IMG/VR virus record: IMGVR_UViG_3300032086_003047
Coordinates: 1 to 58,949 of that record
Strand: one strand, 5' to 3'
Length of the DNA stretch: 58,949 bases
Origin: a virus
Taxonomy: Duplodnaviria; Caudoviricetes
The translations under genes were made by a program, and so were the position numbers. Shown in pieces: positions 6,346 through 14,631 of the stretch (the first letter of the stretch is position 1; each line of letters begins with the position of its first letter). The notes below the pieces were generated by a model, which was not told the DNA's origin, ran no database searches, and saw only the letters and a program-made list of their open reading frames with translations.

Positions 6346-8200
6346 CATTGAACAATTTAAAAATTTCCACTCCGCAGTATTTTACAACATTAAAACCAAA
6401 GAAACATTTGATTTCGTAGTGCACGAAAGCAGAAATGAATTCAAAGAGTATGTTGAATTCCTTGAAAGCTGTAAGAAGAATACAGGATTGATAGGATTTA
6501 ACATCATTGATTACGATTATCCTTTGTTTCACTATATACTTACTAATAAAAAACGACTACTAACACTAGACGTCACACATCTTGTTGCAGACCTGTTTAC
6601 TAAAAGTTGTCAGATCATTAATGATGAATTTAGTGCTGTCCCATATTGGAAGTGGAAAATCAAGCTATTGGACCTGTTCAGAATACACCACTTCAACAAT
6701 AAAGCACGACGTACATCACTGAAAGCTTTGCAGGTCGCAATGAGATGGCCAAAGGTACAGGACTTACCATTTCACTATACACATGTAGTTAAGGAATCAG
6801 AAATAGATGATATACAGAGCTATTGTAGAAATGATGTGATGAGTACATATCAGTTCTTTTGTGAAAGTAGTGATAAGATCAAGTTCAGGAAGAGGATGAA
6901 GAAAGAATACAAAGTAGACTTTGCAAACTTTCCTGATGTGAAGATAGGTGAAGAACTTTTGATAATTGAAAATGCTAAAGCATTGGATATGAGCATTAAA
7001 GAATTCAAAGAATTACGTACCCACCGTGGTATTATTCCTTTGAAAGATGTCATACTTCCATATATCAATTTCAAATCAAAGCATTTTAATGATGCGTTGA
7101 AGTATTTCAATAAGTCTGAAATAGATGCTAAGAATACAAAAGGTGCATTGGAGTATTCTGTTCTTTATGGTGGTGTTAAGTATGATTATGGTTTAGGTGG
7201 TATTCACGGTACTTGTGGAAGTGGAGTTTATAAGAGTGATGATAATGGAAATCTTATTCTTGTAGACGTAAGCTCTTATTATCCTAATCTGGCTATTCAA
7301 AATGAATTTTATCCAGCACATCTATCAAGCGTATTTTGTGACGTAGGTAGAGGTATGTATGAAAAACGTATGAAAGCAAGAGAGGAAGGAGATAAAGAGA
7401 TGGTAGATGCTATTAAGTTAGCATTGAATGGTGCATTGTTTGGTAAAAGCAATGATGAGTATAGTCCTATGTACGATACTAAGTTTATGTTGTCCATTAC
7501 AATAAATGGTCAGCTGTTGCTTACAATGCTTGCTGAACGAATATGTGATGCAGGTATAAAAATCATACAGATAAATACAGACGGTATCCTTGTAAAATGT
7601 GGAAAACATCAAAGAAAAACATTGGATAATCTCTGTGAAAAGTGGATGAAACTTACTAAATTAAAGCTTGATTACGATCATTTCAACGTAGTTGCACAGA
7701 GGGATGTAAACAACTATTTGGCACAATACACTAACGGTAAGATAAAGTACAAAGGTACTTTCGAGATCTATAAGCAATGGCATAAAGACCATTCTATGAG
7801 AATCGTATCTAAAGCCGTGAGTAATTATTTTGTAAATAGTACGCCTGTACGTGAAACTATAGAATCTTGTAATGATATCTATGACTTTTGTATTTCACAA
7901 AAGGTAGGTAGTCAGTTTATAACAGAACATCATCACATTGTAGATGGTAGAAAGCGTATAGATGAGCTACAGAAGATAAATAGATTCTTTGTTACAAAGA
8001 GTGGCGGAGCATTAATCAAACGAAAGAAAGAAACAGGTCAGATCAACAGACTTGTAGCAGGTAATCAAATAAAGCTGTTCAATGACTTCTATGAAGACAG
8101 TATGGACGGTTATAATGTACAGTATGATTTCTATGTAGCGGAAGCTAATAAGATAATCAATGCTGTATCGAGTGGACAGATGGATCTGTTCGATGTGTAA
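6326..8200 (+). CDS. polB: DNA polymerase family B with 3'-5' exonuclease
   Basis: Exo motifs TDIE, GFNIIDYD and YCRND; polymerase motifs DVSSYYP, KLALNGALFG and INTDG; likely start MEILVTDIE at 6326 (track start 6248). Confidence 0.93.
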   Translation: MEILVTDIEQFKNFHSAVFYNIKTKETFDFVVHESRNEFKEYVEFLESCKKNTGLIGFNIIDYDYPLFHYILTNKKRLLTLDVTHLVADLFTKSCQIINDEFSAVPYWKWKIKLLDLFRIHHFNNKARRTSLKALQVAMRWPKVQDLPFHYTHVVKESEIDDIQSYCRNDVMSTYQFFCESSDKIKFRKRMKKEYKVDFANFPDVKIGEELLIIENAKALDMSIKEFKELRTHRGIIPLKDVILPYINFKSKHFNDALKYFNKSEIDAKNTKGALEYSVLYGGVKYDYGLGGIHGTCGSGVYKSDDNGNLILVDVSSYYPNLAIQNEFYPAHLSSVFCDVGRGMYEKRMKAREEGDKEMVDAIKLALNGALFGKSNDEYSPMYDTKFMLSITINGQLLLTMLAERICDAGIKIIQINTDGILVKCGKHQRKTLDNLCEKWMKLTKLKLDYDHFNVVAQRDVNNYLAQYTNGKIKYKGTFEIYKQWHKDHSMRIVSKAVSNYFVNSTPVRETIESCNDIYDFCISQKVGSQFITEHHHIVDGRKRIDELQKINRFFVTKSGGALIKRKKETGQINRLVAGNQIKLFNDFYEDSMDGYNVQYDFYVAEANKIINAVSSGQMDLFDV

Positions 8201-8217
8201 TAATAAAATTAGAGATC

Positions 8218-9498
8218 ATGAATATCAATAAAAGAAAATCTGAATGTCAGAGCGAAGCATTGAATGCTTGGCACAAAAGAGGATGTCGTGGTACATTACA
8301 ACTTTGCACAGGAGCAGGTAAAACATATGCCGCACTAAGAGCCATTAAATGGGTTTTTGGTTTTAAACCTGATGCAAAAGTATTGATCATTTGTCCTACA
8401 GAAATAATACGAGATGATACATTTCCAAAGGAGTTTAAGAAATGGAAGATGACAGCTCTATTAAAGAAAGTAGAAATTGCATGTATACAAACGGTATACA
8501 AATACAAAGACGAACACTATGACCTCATCGTAGCAGATGAGTTTCATAATTATATTCCCGAAAAGGATGACTACAAGAGTAGACTATATGAATATCATAA
8601 ATTCTTTGAAAGAAATTCATTTGATAAGATCTTAGGTCTGTCAGCATGGATTCCAGATAAGAAGAAGATGGTAGTTCGTAAGATTGCTCCTGTTTGTTTT
8701 ACACTTACAACTGATGAAGGTGTACGTAAGGGAATAATCTCTCCATATATAGAATTCAACATTCCAGTAACATTGAATGAAGAAGAGAAATCTGCATATG
8801 CGAGGGTACAAATGGCTTATTTTAACCTTGAAAGACAGCTTGGTGGATTTAAAGCGTTTGATAATGCGAGTTACTTGATGAAGACTATAGGTGCTATAGC
8901 AGTTAAAGACAGAACCGAGAAACAAAGTCGTGATTATCAAACAGCGATTCAATTCTACAAGACGATGCATAAGCGTAAAACGTTGCTTTACAATGTAGCT
9001 TCTAAGGAAGATGCAGTAAAGGAATTGATTGACAAGCTTAAGATCGAGAAGTCTGTTATTTTCTCACAATCTACTTTATTTGCCGATAAGGTATGTTTCG
9101 GTAGAAATGACATTATACCTTATCATTCTAAGGTAAAAGATCGTGTTAAAGTAATGAAACGCTTTAATGATAAGCGAACCAAGATAAATCATCTATCTAC
9201 ATGTATGGCTGTAAACGAGGGTATGGATTTACCCAAGCTTCCAGTTATTATCATAGCTGCACGTACCAGTGGAGCTAAGAATCACATACAGCGTAGAGGT
9301 AGATGTCTTCGGTTTGAAGAAGGTAAGGTAAGCTATGTATTCAATTTGTATTTAAAAGATACTCAGGATGAGAAATGGCTTATGAAGTCACAATCAACTA
9401 CAGATCCTGATAATATAATTTTCGTTAATTCCGTTGATGAAGTTTTGGAGAAGGTGAATAATCTGAATAAGGAGTTAACAAGTCTTGATGTAGAATAA
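8218..9498 (+). CDS. superfamily 2 (DExH) helicase
   Basis: TGAGKT, DEFH, GLSA, NEGMDLP, QRRGRCLR. Confidence 0.9.
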   Translation: MNINKRKSECQSEALNAWHKRGCRGTLQLCTGAGKTYAALRAIKWVFGFKPDAKVLIICPTEIIRDDTFPKEFKKWKMTALLKKVEIACIQTVYKYKDEHYDLIVADEFHNYIPEKDDYKSRLYEYHKFFERNSFDKILGLSAWIPDKKKMVVRKIAPVCFTLTTDEGVRKGIISPYIEFNIPVTLNEEEKSAYARVQMAYFNLERQLGGFKAFDNASYLMKTIGAIAVKDRTEKQSRDYQTAIQFYKTMHKRKTLLYNVASKEDAVKELIDKLKIEKSVIFSQSTLFADKVCFGRNDIIPYHSKVKDRVKVMKRFNDKRTKINHLSTCMAVNEGMDLPKLPVIIIAARTSGAKNHIQRRGRCLRFEEGKVSYVFNLYLKDTQDEKWLMKSQSTTDPDNIIFVNSVDEVLEKVNNLNKELTSLDVE

Positions 9499-9606
9499 TA
9501 AATTGTCATTGGCAAGGGCGAGGCGAACGGATCCTGGGAACCTAGCAGTAAAAGATAGTGCCTTTAGGTAAGATTGCCCTACGTCAGGATTATAAATAGA
9601 ATAGAA

Positions 9607-9906
9607 ATGGAAAATCATTTAATAAAAAACAAAAAAGATGTATCAAAATATTCAAGAGACAGTCTTGGGTTAATGACTGATCTAGTGGAGAGTAAGTATC
9701 CTTCTGACGAGAGAGATACTTACTCGAAGCTAGTTAATTTGATAAACAAGGAATTCGATATGAATTTTACAGAAGATGACCTTGTGAATCAGAACATCTT
9801 AGGTATGGAAATAGAAGATAGAATACTAACTTATAAACACGCAACGGGGTACGATGGAAGTAGTTATCAATACCGAGATATTAATGGAGAGTCAGCTGAA
9901 GGCTGA
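9607..9906 (+). CDS. hypothetical protein
   Basis: Likely ATG at 9607; the track start at 9574 is a TTG inside a structured intergenic region. Confidence 0.6.
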   Translation: MENHLIKNKKDVSKYSRDSLGLMTDLVESKYPSDERDTYSKLVNLINKEFDMNFTEDDLVNQNILGMEIEDRILTYKHATGYDGSSYQYRDINGESAEG

Positions 9907-10411
9907 AGAATTTATAGCTCTCTATTTAATATGGAAAGAAGAACATGGATTGTGTCATGAAATGTATCCTGATATGGATTTTAAAAGCCTTGAAAAAAAA
10001 GGTTTTATGAAACGATTATCAGATGATATGACAGAATGGGTTGTCAGAGATAAATTTAAAGTTCTTGTTACTACAGATGATAGTCATATGTGGTATCAGT
10101 TCTGTAAAACAATGCCGTTTAAAGTTCCTAACGGATATGGCGGTAACAGAATACTAAGAGCTAAAGATCCTGACGCAGGTACAAATCTTAAGATAAAGAA
10201 GAAGTATCTGCAGATAGTATCTGGTAAACCTGCATTACACAAGACAATCTTGAAATGTATTGATATTCAATTACGTGAGATGAGGCATAGTATGCAATAT
10301 CTTCAAAATACGGATACCTGGTTAAATCAAAGAACATGGGAAAAATACGAACATTTAATAAACGAAGAACATGGACCTAGGCAGGATAGCTATGGAGCAA
10401 AGCTCATCTAA
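9854..10411 (+). CDS. putative replication initiator / helicase loader
   Basis: C-terminal YLQNTDTWLNQRTWE resembles the TWLNQxRW motif of phage replication organisers; directly upstream of DnaB. Confidence 0.5.
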   Translation: MEVVINTEILMESQLKAEEFIALYLIWKEEHGLCHEMYPDMDFKSLEKKGFMKRLSDDMTEWVVRDKFKVLVTTDDSHMWYQFCKTMPFKVPNGYGGNRILRAKDPDAGTNLKIKKKYLQIVSGKPALHKTILKCIDIQLREMRHSMQYLQNTDTWLNQRTWEKYEHLINEEHGPRQDSYGAKLI

Positions 10412-11378
10412 GAAGCTGAAGATCAAATCGATCAAACAAGCTGCTGCGGAAGAGCTTAAGTACATGAAAATGCGTAAGGAAGGTAAGATAACTTCCTTAA
10501 AGACTCGTTGGAATAAGTTCAATCAGGTTTCTATGAACGGTTTAGAATGGGGCAGTATTACCACTATCGCAGGAATGTCTGGTAGTGGTAAGACTGCTAT
10601 TCTAAATGAAATGGAAACATCATTGTTTGAGTTAAATCCTAAAGAGGACTTTGCTGTATTGTCATTTAACTTTGAGATGGTTGCAAGAAGATTGGTTGGT
10701 AGAAAGATATCAGCCAAGCTGAATAAGACTATGAAGCAATTGTATTCTGCAGATATGATGGATGTGCATTCTAATATTACAAATGAAGAATATGCAGAAG
10801 CTCAGAAATATGTAGAGTCAATTGAGAATATGGCAGTGAATTATGTTGATATGCCTGGTACTACTAAAGAGATAGAAGAAGCCATATATGCATTCAATGA
10901 AATGCCTGAAAACAGATACAAGGGTGTATTGGTTACATTAGACCACAGTATTCTTGTTAAGAAAATGGCACAGATGAATCAGCAGGAAACATTATATGAC
11001 CTAATGTTTCGTTTTAATAGGGTTAAGAAAAGAGTGAAGAGTTCCTTTGTAGTTGTTTCTCAGCTAAATAGGACTATAGAGACTGTAGATCGTATACAGA
11101 ATACAGATATGCATTATCCAATGAAGACAGATATCTTCGGTGCAGATGCATTGTATCAGTATTCAGATGTGGTATTGGTTAGTCATCGTCCAGAAATGCT
11201 TGGCATTAGGGAGTATGGACCTGATAAGCTACCAACTAAAGATCTCATTTACTGGCATTATCTAAAGGTACGTGACGGTGATCCTATTATTGCTCAGATG
11301 GTTAATAATTTGAAACATAATCAAGTCCTTGAAGTTGAACCAAAAAAGAAAGTTAAGTGGTCAACTGATGACTTTTAA
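10392..11378 (+). CDS. dnaB: DnaB-like replicative helicase (ATPase domain only)
   Basis: AGMSGSGKT Walker A, FNFEM, LDH Walker B, VSQLNR, LKVRDG. Confidence 0.9.
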   Translation: MEQSSSKKLKIKSIKQAAAEELKYMKMRKEGKITSLKTRWNKFNQVSMNGLEWGSITTIAGMSGSGKTAILNEMETSLFELNPKEDFAVLSFNFEMVARRLVGRKISAKLNKTMKQLYSADMMDVHSNITNEEYAEAQKYVESIENMAVNYVDMPGTTKEIEEAIYAFNEMPENRYKGVLVTLDHSILVKKMAQMNQQETLYDLMFRFNRVKKRVKSSFVVVSQLNRTIETVDRIQNTDMHYPMKTDIFGADALYQYSDVVLVSHRPEMLGIREYGPDKLPTKDLIYWHYLKVRDGDPIIAQMVNNLKHNQVLEVEPKKKVKWSTDDF

Positions 11379-11387
11379 AATTTGCAT

Positions 11388-11729
11388 ATGGCACGTAAAA
11401 TCACTAAATTTAAGGATATAGTTCTTGACATATTGGAAAATCACCCTAGGTCAAGAGACGACGACAACATTCTTTATTTTTATTTAGTTCAAGAGTTAGA
11501 CAAGAACAATCCACTTATGAATTATTTGGACTTGTCCCTGAAGGATTATCTTAAAGCAGTTGTAAAAGGAGAGCTTCCTTCTATTCCTGTGATATCCAGA
11601 GCTAGAAGATTGATTCAGGAGAAGGCTGCAAAAGATCCTGATAAAAAATATCTATGCGGCAATAGAAAAGTTAAAAAAGAATTAGCTGATGAGGTTTCAG
11701 CTGAAATTATAAATGAAAAAACAAAGTAG
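11388..11729 (+). CDS. hypothetical protein
   Basis: ILENHPRSRDDD...ISRARRLIQE; located in the replication operon. Confidence 0.65.
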   Translation: MARKITKFKDIVLDILENHPRSRDDDNILYFYLVQELDKNNPLMNYLDLSLKDYLKAVVKGELPSIPVISRARRLIQEKAAKDPDKKYLCGNRKVKKELADEVSAEIINEKTK

Positions 11730-11732
11730 AAC

Positions 11733-12524
11733 ATGGAGATTAAACTACCAACAAAAAAGATGACGGCAACGTATGTTGATCCACACATTATGCTTTTTTA
11801 TGGTCCCCCTAAAGTAGGTAAGACAACTGTGTTAAGTCAGTTGGATGATTGTTTGATAATAGACCTTGAAGACGGTACTAAGTATCTTGATTCAATGCGA
11901 GTTCAGGTAATAGGTTTGAAAAAACCTGTAGAATCTGATAAAGCTTTGGCTGAAAGGCAAGAGAAGAATCAATACTATCTGGATGAGATAGGTAAAGCTA
12001 TTCACGAAAAGGGTAAACCATATAAGTATGTGGCTATTGACACGGTTACCAAGTTGGAAGAATGGTGTGAGTGGGAAGGTACAAGTATGTACATGAGCTC
12101 AGTCCAGGGTAAGAATTTTAACAGAGATAATAAGGGTAATATTTTACCTAGAAGTAAATGGAACTCTGTTTTGACTTTACCAAACGGTGCAGGTTATATG
12201 TGGTTAAGATCAGCTATGAAAGATTGGCTTGATAAAATCTACACACTTGCTCCACATATTATTCTTGTAGGTCACTTGCTGGATAAGATGATCGAAAAGA
12301 AAGGTAAAGAAGTTAATGCAAAAGATTTAGATCTTACGGGTAAATTGAAACGTATTGTATGTGCACAAGCAGATGCTATAGGTTATCTTTATCGTACTGA
12401 TGAGAAACTGTATATTAATTTTCAATCTGCAGATGAGGTGAACTGTGGCTCCAGATGTGATCATTTGAGAGGACAGAACATTGAGTTTTCGTGGGAGAAA
12501 ATTTATACATCAACGAGTAAATAG
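11733..12524 (+). CDS. Sak4-like / AAA_24 ATPase (single-strand annealing)
   Basis: YGPPKVGKT, IDLEDG, AIDT, ILVGH, ADAIGY; adjacent to SSB. Confidence 0.8.
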   Translation: MEIKLPTKKMTATYVDPHIMLFYGPPKVGKTTVLSQLDDCLIIDLEDGTKYLDSMRVQVIGLKKPVESDKALAERQEKNQYYLDEIGKAIHEKGKPYKYVAIDTVTKLEEWCEWEGTSMYMSSVQGKNFNRDNKGNILPRSKWNSVLTLPNGAGYMWLRSAMKDWLDKIYTLAPHIILVGHLLDKMIEKKGKEVNAKDLDLTGKLKRIVCAQADAIGYLYRTDEKLYINFQSADEVNCGSRCDHLRGQNIEFSWEKIYTSTSK

Positions 12525-12551
12525 TAATTATTAATTTTTAAATTTGAATTT

Positions 12552-13118
12552 ATGTACACAACAGCTGGTACAGCAGAAAGAACGTTCGTAAGTAAATACA
12601 TCGAACCAGGAGTTCACAGAGTTAGAATTGCAGGTATTGAGGGTGTAGACTCAGATACAGGTGCTTCTTATGTTCAGATAACATTTGAAGATGTTAATGA
12701 GAGAACTGCACAGATCCGATTTTATATGAGTGAACGAGCTATGGCACGATCTATACAAAAGATCAAGCATCTTGCAACAAAGATGGTTACAGAAGAAAAG
12801 ATCGATGCAATTGAGGCAGATAATCTTGAAGACTATGGTTCAGCATTGGACACATTGCTTGGAGGTAAATCCTGTAGAGTTAAATTTACAGGTGAGGAAG
12901 TAGACGGCAACAAAGGTAGCTGGTGGAAAGCAGGTATTGGATTACCAACATTTGCAGAAGCTACTAAGGAAGGTGCGGAATACGATCCTGTAAGTGACGA
13001 AGACACTAAGCTAGTCTTAGATAAAACTAACAAGTATGATTGGAAGCCTCTTCCTACTGCTGATGTTGAGATCTCTGATGAGGTTGAAGAAGCAGCAGAA
13101 GATGATGCCCCTTTCTAA
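12552..13118 (+). CDS. ssb: single-stranded DNA-binding protein
   Basis: OB-like beta pattern (EPGVHRVRI); acidic tail ending DDAPF; between Sak4-like ATPase and primase. Confidence 0.7.
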   Translation: MYTTAGTAERTFVSKYIEPGVHRVRIAGIEGVDSDTGASYVQITFEDVNERTAQIRFYMSERAMARSIQKIKHLATKMVTEEKIDAIEADNLEDYGSALDTLLGGKSCRVKFTGEEVDGNKGSWWKAGIGLPTFAEATKEGAEYDPVSDEDTKLVLDKTNKYDWKPLPTADVEISDEVEEAAEDDAPF

Positions 13119-13137
13119 TTTTTACAGTTAATCAGCG

Positions 13138-13170
13138 AAAAGGGGAGAATTAGTGCTTCTCCCCTTTTTT
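13138..13170 (+). terminator. intrinsic terminator
   Basis: AAAAGGGGAGAA-loop-TTCTCCCCTTTTTT. Confidence 0.85.
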
Positions 13171-13182
13171 ATTTTCAATAAT

Positions 13183-14175
13183 ATGTATAGTACCAAAGAT
13201 GTAAAAGATCTTACTACTGTTGAAATATTGAAGCGGATATCGGAATACGATATCTTTAGCTATTATATAGGTAGTAAGTTTAAGATAGGTACTATATCAT
13301 CTCCATTCAGAAAAGATAAAAATCCATCGTTTGACATATTTTACAGTCCTAATACGATTCGTAAAATAATGTACAAAGACCACGGTACAGGCGAATCAGG
13401 TAGTTGTTTTGACCTTGTTATGAGACTGTATGCAGTTTCATTTGGACAATGTTTGAAGATCATAGATAATGATTTCCAGCTTGGTTTGAATCCAGATAAT
13501 TTTGAAAAGGATTTAACCAAGGGCTATGTGGGAGTAACTACGGGAGTAGATGCTTCAAAGCTACATGTTCCTTGTAAAATACGTGTGTGCAGAAGAAAGT
13601 GGAATTCAACAACAGACAGAGATTACTGGAAGCCATATGGTATTTCGGTGAGTATTCTTAATAAGTTTGGTGTTAGTCCTGTCTCTGCAGTAAATGTAAA
13701 TAATCGATGGTTCAGATATAGAAAAGATCATCCTGTATATTGTTACCATTTTGGGAACTATATGTACAAGATCTATCAGCCTTATTCTGAAGAATACAAA
13801 TGGCTTACCAATTGTTCTCAAAGTGTTATCCAGGGATGGGCACAACTGCCAGAGAACGGTGAGTTTGTAATTATAACAAAAAGCTTAAAAGACGTAATGG
13901 TCTATGATAGTTTAGGTGTTCCTGCTATTGCCCCACAGGCAGAAAGCGTAATACCAAACACAGAGATTATAGAACAGCTCTCTGAAAGATTCACGTATGT
14001 AATATCAAATTACGACTACGATCGCATGGGAATGTTATCTTCACAGAAGATGCGTAAGCTATATGGCATTCAGCCTATAATGTTTACGCCAGAGTATGGG
14101 TCTAAAGATGCAAGCGATTTTGTTAAAAACAATGGGATTGTAGAATTGAAAGAAATAATTGATTCAATAATATGA
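13183..14175 (+). CDS. dnaG: DNA primase (TOPRIM, crAss-like)
   Basis: SPFRKDKNPSF...KDHG (degenerate CHC2 finger), ITKSLKDVM, APQAE, YDYDRMG, KDASD; likely start at 13183. Confidence 0.85.
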   Translation: MYSTKDVKDLTTVEILKRISEYDIFSYYIGSKFKIGTISSPFRKDKNPSFDIFYSPNTIRKIMYKDHGTGESGSCFDLVMRLYAVSFGQCLKIIDNDFQLGLNPDNFEKDLTKGYVGVTTGVDASKLHVPCKIRVCRRKWNSTTDRDYWKPYGISVSILNKFGVSPVSAVNVNNRWFRYRKDHPVYCYHFGNYMYKIYQPYSEEYKWLTNCSQSVIQGWAQLPENGEFVIITKSLKDVMVYDSLGVPAIAPQAESVIPNTEIIEQLSERFTYVISNYDYDRMGMLSSQKMRKLYGIQPIMFTPEYGSKDASDFVKNNGIVELKEIIDSII

Positions 14176-14615
14176 AAGTACGGAATGCAATTTTCATTCC
14201 AGGTAATGTTCCATCATCTAAGAATTCCAAAATAAAAACCAAGCATGGGATATTTGCGTCAAAGACAGTTAAGAAGTATCTACACAGTCTAGGGATTCAG
14301 CGTTATTCAGTATCTAAAAAAGAAGTCATGGGTTATGCCAGACGAGATAATGAATTCGCAAAATTCAAAGACGAGTTTAAATCACTTGTTGATAAGTCCA
14401 AGGGCGATATGATTATATCTTTTCATTTTGTCAGAGCAACCAAGCATAAATTTGATTTCCATAATATGGTGCAAATTATTGCTGATCTGCTTGTGGCTCA
14501 TGATTTTATTAAGGATGATGATATGGACCATTTTATACCAATGCCTTTCAAAGTAAAAGGTGAGTGGTATACCTACGATAAGGAAAATCCTGGAGTATGG
14601 ATTAAAGTAAATTAA
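14172..14615 (+). CDS. rusA: RusA-like Holliday junction resolvase
   Basis: GNVPSSKN...FDFHN...DLL...IKDDD...PGVWI. Confidence 0.7.
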   Translation: MKVRNAIFIPGNVPSSKNSKIKTKHGIFASKTVKKYLHSLGIQRYSVSKKEVMGYARRDNEFAKFKDEFKSLVDKSKGDMIISFHFVRATKHKFDFHNMVQIIADLLVAHDFIKDDDMDHFIPMPFKVKGEWYTYDKENPGVWIKVN

Positions 14616-14631
14616 AAATAGAAAATCAAAA

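Noticed and set aside
12539-12546. Exact TAnnTTTG (-7 box) before ssb
   Set aside because: No upstream TTTG at the proper spacing and only 5 nt from the ATG; likely chance in AT-rich DNA
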